A stretch of 64,000 nt of DNA. It comes from a virus. Under the pieces are notes generated by a model that did not search any database, was not told the DNA's origin, and saw only the letters and a program-made list of their open reading frames with translations. Where the stretch lies: the IMG/VR virus record IMGVR_UViG_3300009167_000007, positions 6,126 to 70,125 of that record; one strand, given 5' to 3'. Both the position numbers and the translations under genes were made by a program. Of this stretch, positions 1 to 10,015 are shown one piece after another (the stretch's first letter is position 1; each line of letters starts with the position of its first letter).

Positions 1-1
1 G

Positions 2-3000
2 CTCAAGGTGACGAAGCCCGAGCGCCTCAGCCTCTGGCAGTCCTTCAAGCGCGCCGTGGCTTCGCTCATCGCCAGCGAGCAGATGAAGCTCATCGGCATC
101 ACCAAGCTGCTGGCCTCCGCTGGAATCACCCGCGAATCGCTGAGGAACGAGGAGCAGCGCGAAGCTGTGGTTCAGCGGAACCTTCTGGAGCCAGCGCTCG
201 AAGCCCTGGAGTTCCTGATCATCGGCTACAACGGGCAGACGGCCTATCTGGACGCCGACTTCTCGATGCAGATGAAGATGCCTCAGAAGCGCGGCAATGC
301 AGCCAACAAAGCCAACGAGGATGAGGACATCTCGTACATGGTCGTCGAGGGTCAGTTCAAGAACAAGCACGACATCTCCGTCGAGACATCCACGACTGGT
401 ATCGCTGTCGCCGAAGCCCGCCGGACCATGGCCACGGTAAACGATGTGGACGACGCCATCCAATCGTGGATGCGGGCCTGGAATACGCTCGGCAAGGGTG
501 TGGCCACGGCCAGCGATTTCATGAAGGGCATCGTCAGCGAGATCGTTGGCACCTCGCTTCGCAGCACGGAACAAGCCCGGCTGGCGATTCACGATGCAGT
601 CGGCACAGCCCTGGCACCGCAGGTCAGCAATGCAACGTCCATCGCTGATCTGCCAGACGGTGAGCGGCAGAAGGCGATGCGCGACAGCTACATCATCAAG
701 AAGAAATTCGAGAGCCGGCTGCGGAAGCACAACCGCGTGGCTGAATCGTTCCTGCGTGATACCGAGAATGCCGCCAAGCTCACGGAACTTCAGAAAGACG
801 AGGCTGAATCCCTCAGAGCCTACGACGACCTGCGCACAACGAAGCGGTTTCTTCTTCGCGACATGCGCCGGGCGCTCGAAGGCAAGGAGGATACCGGAGC
901 CATCGCCATCGGCACAGCATTGAAGCTCGGCAATCCCAATGCGGATACCCGGGATGCCCTGCGTGCGATGCAGGGTAACATCGACCAGTCCGTGAACTCC
1001 ATCGTGGCCCTGGCGAACACCGGAGTCGATTTCTCGCAGGTTGGAAAATCCGGTGGACCAACCATTGTCGATGTTCAGAACGCGGTCACCACTTCGACGG
1101 ACCCGGATCTGAACATGCTCGCCACGGACCCGGCCAAGCTGGCGGTTGCCATCATGTTCGCGAGGAACAGGCCGCTGCTCATGGACTTGCTTTCCACGCT
1201 GAAAGCCGGCCAGGAACGCGGTCTCCTGAACGACATCATCAAGCTTGCGGTGGAAGATCGACCGGACGCGTTTGACCGTGCTGTAGCGTCGCTCTCAAAG
1301 CTCACGCGGCTCGGGGCTCAGGGCCAGCGCGTGCTCCAGAATCTGCGCAAGTCCAGGGCCAGGACGAAGGAATTCGCTGACCTGACGAAGCGTTACACTG
1401 AAGTCCGGGAGTTCTACGATACCATCATCCCGGTCATCTACCGCGACCTGAACCGCCTGGAGAATGAACTCGGAATGGAATACGGTATTGGCGGTGCCCA
1501 GTGGTCAGCATATCACGGTGTCGGTTACTTCGTTCCTCCCGACAAGAACGCCAAGGAATGGGATTTCGGCAGTCCAACCAAGGCCAATCCGGATTACAAG
1601 AAGCTGAAGCTCGGCGACGAGTATGACGGCAAGGCTGTTCAGGAGGACATCTTCAAAATCAAGGCATGGTTGGATGCCAATCCTGACAAGGCCGGCTCCG
1701 CGATGTACCGGCGTCTCCAGCGCCAGGCCGACCGTCTGACGCGGGTCCATGCCGATCAGGCTGACTATCACATTCGCCGTGGTCCGCTGGGCTGGATCAT
1801 CGGACTGCTCGGGGACATCGCGACCAAGCTGGATTGGACCGGAATGGCCCACTGCCGGAACATCGCGGTCATGTGCCGTGACTACAACGCGAAGCACGAC
1901 CGCTTGATCCGCGACAAGTACCAGCGGGAGTTTCTGGAATACGACAAGTTGAAGCGGGAAGTCAGGCAGGCCATCGGCATCACGAACCTGGAGGATTTCA
2001 ACGTCCGCTTCTACGACCGGGCTCTCAACTACCTGGAGATGCGCCAGGATTTGATCGATCCCAAGTTGACTCCACAACAGCAGAACAGGGTATCAGCCAA
2101 GGCGGCCATCGAATGGCTGGCTGACGGGCGTGAACCCATTGCCAAGAAACCCGAGGTGCGCGACGGATTGCAGGCATTCTTCGAGAAGGCATTCGAGTGC
2201 AGCGACATCACAGTGCGGAAGAAGATGCCCGCCGTCGGACTCAGGATCGCCGAGTCCATTGGCAAGAACCGCTACGTCTTTCGCGATCCCGTGGGTGCCA
2301 CACCGCACGCCATGAGTCGTGGACTCAGCGGTCTGGCGTTTCGGGTGGTCACCGACGACATGGTAAAGGCCGGCTGGAAGAAGCCCATTGCGCCGGACAT
2401 GCCCGGATTCGAGAATCAGTCATCGCTTCGTGGCGAGCTGGTCGAATCCCTGTATTCCAAGGACCGGGCGCGACTCCAGGCCATTGTCAAGGAGCGGTTC
2501 CCGGACACCGTGGTTCGGGACTTCGCCGGGGAGCTTTGCTACAAGGAGGGAACCTCGAACTTCTTTGGAGTCAAGGAGGAGAGCGGTCGTCTGGACAAGG
2601 CCGAACGAGCCAATGTCATCGCTGCTTTCGACGAGGCAGTCGCAAATCATAATGGCGACATGCTCTGGTTCACAGAAAGACTCTATACGCTTGAAGGAGG
2701 AAATAATGCCGACGCCGTGGCCAAGGCTGAATTCGTCGCGCAGACGCTGGGCACATTCCAGAAATACTACGGCATCATCTACGCGACGACGGAGCTGGTG
2801 AAGTCCAGCCAGCTCGATGAAAGTGACACCATGGGGCGCTCGTTCATGGATGCCCGCGAAGGGGAGGATTTCCCCGCCGCCTGGTTGAGCTACCTTCACT
2901 ATGGCGAGAAGGAGAACGTGCGCTATGGCCGCATGATGGCCCAGCAATCGGCCTTTGGGCGAGACTCCGAATCCTTGGTCAACTCGTTCAATGCCGCCAA

Positions 3001-5200
3001 GGCGCAGCTCAGGAACATGATCGACAAGTCCGACAGGGCAAAGATGGATTCGACCAGTGAAGCCGAGCGTATCCGTCTTCTGGGTGGCAAGGAACAGGCC
3101 AAGATCATCGATGCTGCTCGCGACAATCTGGTGCGGGTGGAGACCCTGGAAAGGGACTTGAAGAATCTCCTGAAGACCCAGAACGGCGTACCGCAGGACC
3201 TTCGCGCCGGGATGAAGTTGCTCGGCCTGATCGCGGGCTACACCGTGCAGGGTGCTTCAACCGCATTCACGGATACGATCTCGATGGTGGACTCGCCCTT
3301 GCGCAAGTTTGGATTCTCGAAGCTTTCGCGGGACATGGTCTTCGGGAACTACAAGGGATTCGTCAACGAAGTCTGGGCGACGCTGATGCAGGCTTTCGGC
3401 ATGAGCATCCACGTCAACAAGGAGTACGCCGACCAGACACGCCTGCTGAATGAATCGGGGTTGCTGGACCCGGACGCCATGGTGAACGAAACATGGATCA
3501 AGTCCTACGCCGTGCGCTTCAAGGAATTCCTGGGTGACGAACAAACCTTCGCAGGATTGTGGCAGGAGTACCAGCGCACGCAGAAGGCGGCTGGAACTGG
3601 AAGCGCGGTTTCGGGGATGTCCAAGGGAGCCCTGCGCAAGCTCACCGCCACGGCGGCTGCCGGGATGCGCGCCGGGCTGGATGTCGGCATTGGCAGGGCC
3701 AAGTCGATGGAAGTGGCCGCCGCCACCTTCAAGCCATGGGCAATCTTCACGCAGATCAATTTGTGGATGCACCGTGCCGTTGCCCGCTCCTGGCACAACA
3801 CCATTTGCGAGGCGGCGCGCATGGCCGGCGTCTTCATGAAGGCGAACCCGGCCGCTGCCACCGATCCGTCATTCAAGCTCACGGCCAAGGACATGGAGAT
3901 GGTCAGCTCCAGGCTGGGAGGGTTCTCGACGAACGATCAGTTCAATGCGCTCAACGAGTTGCTCCAGAAGAACGGCATCCAGTTGGAGGAGTGCGGTCGC
4001 CGGCTGGCGCTCGGACTTGAGCCGTTCACGAAGGAACAGGAGATGTCGATCATGTCGCTGGCCCAGAGCGAAATCCTGAACAACACCGGCATTCTGACCA
4101 GGCCAGCGTGGTCGCTGAACAGTCCGATTGGGAGGATGAGTTCCCCGCTCGTCGGCTGGTCGATCTACCGCATGGCGGATGTCGCGAAATCCTTGCGCGA
4201 TCCAAAGGGGCGGGCCACGGCTGATGCGTTCCGCCAATCTCTCCTTGTGTGGAGTCTGGGCGTCCTTCCCGCAGCGCTGACCTATGCCCTACTGCGTGAC
4301 TGGTACGAGGAGGAGATCGTCGGGAAGAAGCCCAATGTGCTGGCACTCAAGGCCGACGCGAGCCTGCCGTGGGCGCTGCTCGACAACCTGAACCGGGTCG
4401 GAACGCTGGGCATCGCAGGAGATGCCACTTCCAGCATCTTCCAGGTTTCCACCCAGCGGGAATTCTCGGTGGACAGCCGCGTGTTCGCGCTCAACTCCAT
4501 GATGAATCTAGCCAGGACACTCGGAGCCGCCGTTCAACAGGGCGGAACGACGACCTGGGCCTCAACGTGGCGGCAGGTGGCAACATCTCTCGGAGGTTCG
4601 GGGTATCTCCAGAACTTCGATGCGGTGAACAACCTGCTGGAGATGTCCCCCACGGAGCGACGCATCATCCGGCGCATCAACGTCAACAACCAGCTTCGCG
4701 CTGCGGGACGGGCGCTGGAACTCGACGTGGCAGTTCCCCGGGGAATCAAGGCCATCCCCAATCCGATGAAGCCATGGATCAGGCAGATGGAACTGGCAGC
4801 CTACGGCGATGACATGGCTGGTTTCCGTGATGCCTATGCCAAGGCCCGTGAAGCAGCCACGAACATGGCCAAGAAGAAGAAGGACTATCAGGCCGATCCC
4901 GTTGCCGACGTGGCTGAGGCGTTGCAGCGAATCCACCCGCTCAGGAACGTCTTCGGAAAGTCTCCGAGCACAGCCGAGTATCAGCGGTTGCTCCGTGAAC
5001 TCGGGAACGATGCCCCTGAAGTGGCAAAGGCCATCCGCAACTTCAACTCGTACGCTGCCCAGATTCCGTCCAAGCGTGGCGGAGAAGGCATCAAGCCGTT
5101 CTACGGGACCGAGCGGAAGAAGCCGTCTGGCATTACGACAAGCTTCGGTGGTTCGGGGTTCGGGTCCATGGGATTCAGGGGAATCACTGCATCACCCTGA
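2..5200 (+). CDS. Very large helical virion protein, probably internal/DNA-ejection protein (5' truncated)
   Basis: Frame open from the window edge, >1730 aa, Ala/Leu-rich and helical, on the late strand; function inferred from size and context. Confidence 0.6.
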   Translation, partial: LKVTKPERLSLWQSFKRAVASLIASEQMKLIGITKLLASAGITRESLRNEEQREAVVQRNLLEPALEALEFLIIGYNGQTAYLDADFSMQMKMPQKRGNAANKANEDEDISYMVVEGQFKNKHDISVETSTTGIAVAEARRTMATVNDVDDAIQSWMRAWNTLGKGVATASDFMKGIVSEIVGTSLRSTEQARLAIHDAVGTALAPQVSNATSIADLPDGERQKAMRDSYIIKKKFESRLRKHNRVAESFLRDTENAAKLTELQKDEAESLRAYDDLRTTKRFLLRDMRRALEGKEDTGAIAIGTALKLGNPNADTRDALRAMQGNIDQSVNSIVALANTGVDFSQVGKSGGPTIVDVQNAVTTSTDPDLNMLATDPAKLAVAIMFARNRPLLMDLLSTLKAGQERGLLNDIIKLAVEDRPDAFDRAVASLSKLTRLGAQGQRVLQNLRKSRARTKEFADLTKRYTEVREFYDTIIPVIYRDLNRLENELGMEYGIGGAQWSAYHGVGYFVPPDKNAKEWDFGSPTKANPDYKKLKLGDEYDGKAVQEDIFKIKAWLDANPDKAGSAMYRRLQRQADRLTRVHADQADYHIRRGPLGWIIGLLGDIATKLDWTGMAHCRNIAVMCRDYNAKHDRLIRDKYQREFLEYDKLKREVRQAIGITNLEDFNVRFYDRALNYLEMRQDLIDPKLTPQQQNRVSAKAAIEWLADGREPIAKKPEVRDGLQAFFEKAFECSDITVRKKMPAVGLRIAESIGKNRYVFRDPVGATPHAMSRGLSGLAFRVVTDDMVKAGWKKPIAPDMPGFENQSSLRGELVESLYSKDRARLQAIVKERFPDTVVRDFAGELCYKEGTSNFFGVKEESGRLDKAERANVIAAFDEAVANHNGDMLWFTERLYTLEGGNNADAVAKAEFVAQTLGTFQKYYGIIYATTELVKSSQLDESDTMGRSFMDAREGEDFPAAWLSYLHYGEKENVRYGRMMAQQSAFGRDSESLVNSFNAAKAQLRNMIDKSDRAKMDSTSEAERIRLLGGKEQAKIIDAARDNLVRVETLERDLKNLLKTQNGVPQDLRAGMKLLGLIAGYTVQGASTAFTDTISMVDSPLRKFGFSKLSRDMVFGNYKGFVNEVWATLMQAFGMSIHVNKEYADQTRLLNESGLLDPDAMVNETWIKSYAVRFKEFLGDEQTFAGLWQEYQRTQKAAGTGSAVSGMSKGALRKLTATAAAGMRAGLDVGIGRAKSMEVAAATFKPWAIFTQINLWMHRAVARSWHNTICEAARMAGVFMKANPAAATDPSFKLTAKDMEMVSSRLGGFSTNDQFNALNELLQKNGIQLEECGRRLALGLEPFTKEQEMSIMSLAQSEILNNTGILTRPAWSLNSPIGRMSSPLVGWSIYRMADVAKSLRDPKGRATADAFRQSLLVWSLGVLPAALTYALLRDWYEEEIVGKKPNVLALKADASLPWALLDNLNRVGTLGIAGDATSSIFQVSTQREFSVDSRVFALNSMMNLARTLGAAVQQGGTTTWASTWRQVATSLGGSGYLQNFDAVNNLLEMSPTERRIIRRINVNNQLRAAGRALELDVAVPRGIKAIPNPMKPWIRQMELAAYGDDMAGFRDAYAKAREAATNMAKKKKDYQADPVADVAEALQRIHPLRNVFGKSPSTAEYQRLLRELGNDAPEVAKAIRNFNSYAAQIPSKRGGEGIKPFYGTERKKPSGITTSFGGSGFGSMGFRGITASP

Positions 5201-5209
5201 ACTCAGGGT
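5194..5209. promoter_or_regulatory. Palindrome ACCCTG-AACT-CAGGGT, copy 1
   Basis: Same arms at 44030 and 55216; ends 17 nt before the ATG at 5227. Confidence 0.7.
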
Positions 5210-5226
5210 AACACCAAGGGGAGAGC

Positions 5227-5952
5227 ATGACTGTCGCTCAAAGGAAGCGATTCCACATCGCACTGGAACAAACCGGAGGTTCCACCTACGACGCCGCCAA
5301 GCTTCTGGGAATTTCGGAGGGCACGCTTCGTCGCGAGATCGAGGAGAATCCGGAGCTTCAAAGTTACGGGGAGTGCAGCCAGCCATCACAGGAGGAGACC
5401 GTCAAGGGTCCTCCATTGCCAGCGCCGCTCTTTGGCGAGGCCATGAACCGGGCGCAGATGATGCGCGAAGACGAACGCAGTGTGGCGCTGGCGGTGGTCG
5501 GAGCCGGAGTCACCTCGCGACAGCTCGGCGAGGTCATGGGATTCTACCGGCTCGGCATCGATCACTTCAACTCGATCCGGCATTGCGCCTACGGAGGACT
5601 GGCGGCGTCCTACTTCCGGCTCATGGAGTACCAGAAGGTTCTCATCGGCGAGATCAAGGAAGCAAAGGATGCTGGTAACGCAGAGCTTGAAGCCGTGCGC
5701 CGCGAGGACTTCAGCCGCATTGCCAACTGCATCAACCAGACCTTCGACCGGATGCTCCAGGCGTGGAAGATTCAGGTGAGCGTCGAGGCAGCCAAGGCAG
5801 CGTCATCGAAGCAGGGCGAGGCCAGGCGCAAACCCGGGTTCGCCCCGCTGTCGATGAATGTCGCCGGCAATGTCACCGTGCATCAGCCTGCTGCCGGCGT
5901 TTCTTCATTGCCGCAGCCGCCCCCAGCAGAGCTGCTCTCAGCTCCGGTGTAA
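5227..5952 (+). CDS. Fis-like HTH protein, candidate terminase small subunit or late regulator
   Basis: N-terminal ALEQTGGSTYDAAKLLGISEGTLRREI HTH followed by a helical region; purine-rich RBS (GGGGAGAG). Confidence 0.55.
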   Translation: MTVAQRKRFHIALEQTGGSTYDAAKLLGISEGTLRREIEENPELQSYGECSQPSQEETVKGPPLPAPLFGEAMNRAQMMREDERSVALAVVGAGVTSRQLGEVMGFYRLGIDHFNSIRHCAYGGLAASYFRLMEYQKVLIGEIKEAKDAGNAELEAVRREDFSRIANCINQTFDRMLQAWKIQVSVEAAKAASSKQGEARRKPGFAPLSMNVAGNVTVHQPAAGVSSLPQPPPAELLSAPV

Positions 5953-6130
5953 GACGGGGCCACAACTCCATCACTTTTTTTCTGTTCAGTGTTCCCATCA
6001 TGGCTGCCCGCAGAATCCACTGGAACGCCTCCCGTGTTTCCTGTTCCTGTGTCATGGGATTGTGGTGATACCCCGTTGGCGAATCCACGCGACCGGTCGA
6101 ATCGGCTTCTGGGTTTGAGAAATCGGAAGC

Positions 6131-6766
6131 TCATGGATTCTCTTTGTTGAAGCTTTTGGCCTCGTAGGATTTCGCGCACATGTCACGCGCCATTTTCGGG
6201 AGATGCCCGAAATCATCGACCGACTGCGCATCCGTGATGGACCAGACCACGTAGCTGAGCTTGAGGTCACGCAGCGGACACACCGAGGATGCCGAGCTGC
6301 TCGGCTTGATTTCCAGGACCCGGTTGCGCATGCCCTTGATTGGTGAGCCTTCGATGGTGAGCACGGCGCTTCTGCCAGCCAGGGAAGCCAGATCGAATTG
6401 AGCGCACTCCTCGATCCGACGTCCGGTCCAGCAGCCGAGGAACGTGCTCAACGGAGTCCGGTCACGCAGCTCGGCGACGAACCGGCGATACACCGTCCGC
6501 ATGGTTCCATCAGCCAGAGAGCCGTGGCACCGTATCACGGGCGCGTCCGGTAGTGTCCACTCGAACACGACCATCCTTACTTTCCTATCATTCGCGACCT
6601 TGCTGTCGTGGGTTCCGCAATCGAATATCCCGGTGCAGATACCGTAGTAATCGCCATTTTGAAGGATGTCGTCATTGCGCACCTCGAAGGGAATGATGAG
6701 CGTCTTGCGGGGCTCGCGCAAACTGTTGAGTGACTTGGGGATCATTTCTTCAATTACTGTATTCAT
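6131..6766 (-). CDS. Phage ssDNA-binding/replication protein (NGO0469-like)
   Basis: Motifs GDYYGICTGIFDCGT, VVFEW, FLGCWTGR, FDLASLAGRSAVLTI. Confidence 0.6.
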   Translation of the reverse strand: MNTVIEEMIPKSLNSLREPRKTLIIPFEVRNDDILQNGDYYGICTGIFDCGTHDSKVANDRKVRMVVFEWTLPDAPVIRCHGSLADGTMRTVYRRFVAELRDRTPLSTFLGCWTGRRIEECAQFDLASLAGRSAVLTIEGSPIKGMRNRVLEIKPSSSASSVCPLRDLKLSYVVWSITDAQSVDDFGHLPKMARDMCAKSYEAKSFNKENP

Positions 6767-6782
6767 GTGCTTGTTCTTTTGT

Positions 6783-7868
6783 TTACCGCATATCGACCTT
6801 GGCGGCGTCCGGGTTGCGGACGTACACCTTGGTCACATCTGTGCCAGCATGCCCCAGCGCCTTCGCGATGTCAGCCAGGGAAGCGCCCGCATTGGCCATC
6901 GTCGTGGCGTATGTGGCGCGCAGGGAGTGGAACGAGTATCCTTCCAGCCCGATGGATTTCAGGAACCTTCCGAACGCCACGGATATTCCAGCGCGACGGT
7001 TCACATCATTGATGATGCTGTGCTCATTCGGGAACAGGTATCTTTCTCCGGATGATTTGAGTGCGAGCAGGGTATCAATCACGCGCTTGGTCAGCGGTAT
7101 CTCAACTCTCGATCCTCCCTTGGATGTCCAGACAACTGCCACGCATTTTGCGGTATCGAACGATGCCCACTCCAGGTTGCAGATGTCGCCCAGCCGCAGC
7201 GCCAGGTCCCGGCCAAGGATGATGGCTGCCCGGAAGAACCCGGGTGTCAGATACGCGGGCTCGGCACCGCCGGACTTGCCCAGCATGTACTCAATCTCGG
7301 CATCGGTGAACGTGTTCTTGTGCCTGGGTTCAAGTTGGGCATGGCTGAGCAGCCGGTGATTGACGCACACCAGCCGCGAAGGATCGGACAGGATGATCCG
7401 CTTGGTCAGGCACCAGGAGAACAGCTTGCGGATGGCGGCAAGTCGCAGGGCGCGGGTGCCGCGTTTGATGGTCACCTTGGTGTCGTTGACGTAACCGTTG
7501 ATGTCCGCTTCCGTGATGGAGCCGATGGGCTGGTCTTTAAGTCCAGAATCCTTGAGCCACTTTCTCAGGATCATCACGGTGTTCGTGTGCGTTCTCATCG
7601 ACAACGCCACCGTAGTCAGCCACTTGTCCAGATCCTCCACCGCCTGGCTGCACGTCGTGTTCCGGTCGGTGACAATCAGCGAGACCACCTCGTTGGTCAG
7701 CTTGAGCTTCTGCCCCATTTCCTCCAGCGTTTCGACACGGGCCTGCTTGAGCATTTCCTCCGCTTCCCGCTGGTCGGTGGTGTTTAGGTTTATCGTGTGG
7801 ACTTGCCCACTTTCCGACGTAACGGACACCCAGTAGTTTGAGTCGTTTTCTTTCTTGAATAGCTTCAC
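6783..7868 (-). CDS. Tyrosine recombinase/integrase
   Basis: Catalytic set R (ALRLGDI), K (TSKG), HSLR, LGH, Y (TKVY), preceded by a core-binding-type region. Confidence 0.93.
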   Translation of the reverse strand: MKLFKKENDSNYWVSVTSESGQVHTINLNTTDQREAEEMLKQARVETLEEMGQKLKLTNEVVSLIVTDRNTTCSQAVEDLDKWLTTVALSMRTHTNTVMILRKWLKDSGLKDQPIGSITEADINGYVNDTKVTIKRGTRALRLAAIRKLFSWCLTKRIILSDPSRLVCVNHRLLSHAQLEPRHKNTFTDAEIEYMLGKSGGAEPAYLTPGFFRAAIILGRDLALRLGDICNLEWASFDTAKCVAVVWTSKGGSRVEIPLTKRVIDTLLALKSSGERYLFPNEHSIINDVNRRAGISVAFGRFLKSIGLEGYSFHSLRATYATTMANAGASLADIAKALGHAGTDVTKVYVRNPDAAKVDMR

Positions 7869-8109
7869 GTCTTTTCTCCTCTATTTCCCAGAATCTTCTT
7901 GTTGACTGTGAACCATGGACCGGGATTCCATGCCTCTCCAGTTCTTCATAGAATGCAGCGCGGTTAATCTCTATCCTGCGCATGTCATCCTTGTCTTTGA
8001 TCCGGATCAGCTTGCGCACAATGGCAGCTCTCTGTCGCTCGCTCACGCTCCGGTATTCACTTCTTTTGCGAATCGCCTCGGAGAGTGGTGTTGGTGCTGG
8101 ATTTTCCAT
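7537..8109 (-). CDS. Hypothetical basic protein (3' part overlaps recombinase gene)
   Basis: Fills the gap 7869-8109; the frame runs on into the recombinase gene. Confidence 0.4.
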   Translation of the reverse strand: MENPAPTPLSEAIRKRSEYRSVSERQRAAIVRKLIRIKDKDDMRRIEINRAAFYEELERHGIPVHGSQSTRRFWEIEEKRREAIQERKRLKLLGVRYVGKWASPHDKPKHHRPAGSGGNAQAGPCRNAGGNGAEAQADQRGGLADCHRPEHDVQPGGGGSGQVADYGGVVDENAHEHRDDPEKVAQGFWT

Positions 8110-8533
8110 TGTTGATCAGGTATTCGACATACCGCTCGATGAGCGGAAGGTAGTACGGTTTCCACTGCGGAGACCGGCGCAGGTACGAAAACCGTTTCAG
8201 CGGAGTTCGCGGCTGCGTCTTCAAGTACATGTAGATTCTCCGGCAGTGATTGCGGTCAGCCAGGTCGGTGTTGCATGCCCGCATGAAGGCATGTGCGGTG
8301 GGAACATCGATGCCCGTCCAGTCCGTCTGATGACTGATGGCTTCGATGGTGACGGGTGGAAGCCCGCTGCGTGCGGACAGCTCGCTGGTCGTAAAGGGCT
8401 TTCCCTTCGGCGGGCGGGCGAGCAGGCGCAGCAGGATGGGCGGGTAGTTGAATACCCGGGACCAGAAAACCTGCGCGTTGCTTCCACGTCTTGACACGAA
8501 GAAACCCATACTCCAGGGTATCGCCACGGTCAA
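8057..8533 (-). CDS. HTH (XRE-like) DNA-binding protein
   Basis: FTTSELSARSGLPPVTIEAISH HTH-like segment; start may be the ATG at 8509. Confidence 0.55.
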   Translation of the reverse strand: MTVAIPWSMGFFVSRRGSNAQVFWSRVFNYPPILLRLLARPPKGKPFTTSELSARSGLPPVTIEAISHQTDWTGIDVPTAHAFMRACNTDLADRNHCRRIYMYLKTQPRTPLKRFSYLRRSPQWKPYYLPLIERYVEYLINNGKSSTNTTLRGDSQKK

Positions 8534-8850
8534 GCGGGATGTGACTGTTCAGTCAGATTCGCCCGGTGCTTGGGGTGAATGAACAACGCCGGCCCGCACA
8601 CCGATCTCCCGGCAATATCGGATGCCACGACGTTGTGGTCTGCGAGCTTCAGGATGGCCCGATTGTTCCAAACGATCTGGGAGTTGTAGAGAACCTTCGC
8701 GTCGATTTGATCGATGTCGTCACCAAGCAGGTGGACGACTTCTTTGAGCTTCCATTGCTCTCCGTTCTTCGGCGAGACGTTCTCCAGCCGACCGTCCGGA
8801 TGGATTAACACGCTCCCGGTGGCGAACTTCAGGTGGTATAGATTGAGCAT
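8530..8850 (-). CDS. DUF3846-like phage protein
   Basis: LIHPDG..VSPKNGEQWKLKE..N..AS..CGPALF pattern. Confidence 0.55.
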   Translation of the reverse strand: MLNLYHLKFATGSVLIHPDGRLENVSPKNGEQWKLKEVVHLLGDDIDQIDAKVLYNSQIVWNNRAILKLADHNVVASDIAGRSVCGPALFIHPKHRANLTEQSHPA

Positions 8851-9575
8851 TTGTTCTCAGTGTTTATCGGGTTAATGACCACTTCGCGTTCCTGCCGGCA
8901 GTTGGTGTAGAACAGGACATTCTGTTTCCGGACCAGCGCCGTGACGATCCGACCCTTCGATCCGTTCTTCAGGAATCTGCGGGCGAAGAACTCGGCGACC
9001 TTCCGCTCGGTCGTCCAGCTCCACCCACGCCGGTTCCGCCACTGGCAACCCCGGTAGATGTCCAGCGTATCCGGCAGGGCGTCGAAGGTCTTGCGGTCAT
9101 CTTCGTCCGTCATCATTTCCGTGATGGTCGTCTGTCGTCCACGGAACAGAATGGGCAGAACTGACTTGTATTGCCACAGGTTTTCCACGGACGTCCAGAC
9201 CGCATGCAGCAGCTCCCACCATTCGTTGAGCGGGATGTCGCTGATGTGCTTGAGCATGTACTCGATGCGGAACGGCTTCTCGATGAGACAGGCGATGGCT
9301 CCGACCCAGTTTTTCTTCTGGATGTAATCCTCCAGCATCGCGCACTTCATCTCGTACCGCTTGTTGATGACGGCGTTCATCTCAGGGGAGTAGAACAGCT
9401 CAATCATCAGCGGGTGTGAGATGTGTGGTATCCTGCGATCTCGGACGATGTGCGGCTTCAGGTCAGGGTGAAGTTCCTCCTTCTTGCCGAATCCCATGTC
9501 CATCCAGACTTTCAATCCCTCTGGTACTTCTGGCAATGTCGTTGTGCTCATGTCAGTTGAGGTGAAGGTTTGCAC
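8829..9575 (-). CDS. ADP-ribosyltransferase-like protein (R-S-E type)
   Basis: IYRG, GWSWT, A..FA and EREVVI motifs in the C-terminal domain. Confidence 0.6.
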   Translation of the reverse strand: MQTFTSTDMSTTTLPEVPEGLKVWMDMGFGKKEELHPDLKPHIVRDRRIPHISHPLMIELFYSPEMNAVINKRYEMKCAMLEDYIQKKNWVGAIACLIEKPFRIEYMLKHISDIPLNEWWELLHAVWTSVENLWQYKSVLPILFRGRQTTITEMMTDEDDRKTFDALPDTLDIYRGCQWRNRRGWSWTTERKVAEFFARRFLKNGSKGRIVTALVRKQNVLFYTNCRQEREVVINPINTENKCSIYTT

Positions 9576-10002
9576 AGTAGGGCAGCGAGTACGCCAGCTT
9601 CTTTCGCTTCTTCGGCTTCAGCTTGCCGTCGATGGTCTTGGGATTCTTCGGGTCGTGCTGGAGTTTCTGGATGGACGGCTTGAGCTTGGCCATGAGTTGC
9701 TTCTTCCTAGCTTCGGCATTTTTCACGAAGTTCGTGTCGCTGGAGTTCTTAGCTTGGTTATAATCCATCTTGGCATGGATGTCGCGCATTATTTCCGTTG
9801 GCAGCTCGGATACTAACATCTGCAACATACGCAACGCGGTGACTGCGATATGTGCGGTTGCCAGCCTGGTATCTTCATCGTCCGAGGATAACCTGTCGAG
9901 CACTTCATCGTCCGAGGAGAACGCGCCGAAGTACCTTACGTAGCCGGCCATCGATACAAGATAGTGCATTAGGTCCGTCTTGAATGTGAATGACTTGTCC
10001 AT
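9553..10002 (-). CDS. Hypothetical protein with Lys-rich tail
   Basis: ORF tiles the operon; ATG at 10002. Confidence 0.6.
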   Translation of the reverse strand: MDKSFTFKTDLMHYLVSMAGYVRYFGAFSSDDEVLDRLSSDDEDTRLATAHIAVTALRMLQMLVSELPTEIMRDIHAKMDYNQAKNSSDTNFVKNAEARKKQLMAKLKPSIQKLQHDPKNPKTIDGKLKPKKRKKLAYSLPYCANLHLN

Positions 10003-10015
10003 GGTGGTGTTCGGT

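Noticed and set aside
5883-6134. Possible small - strand gene coupled to 6131-6766
   Set aside because: Low-complexity product, overlaps the convergent + gene, no recognisable motif; cannot be supported from sequence alone
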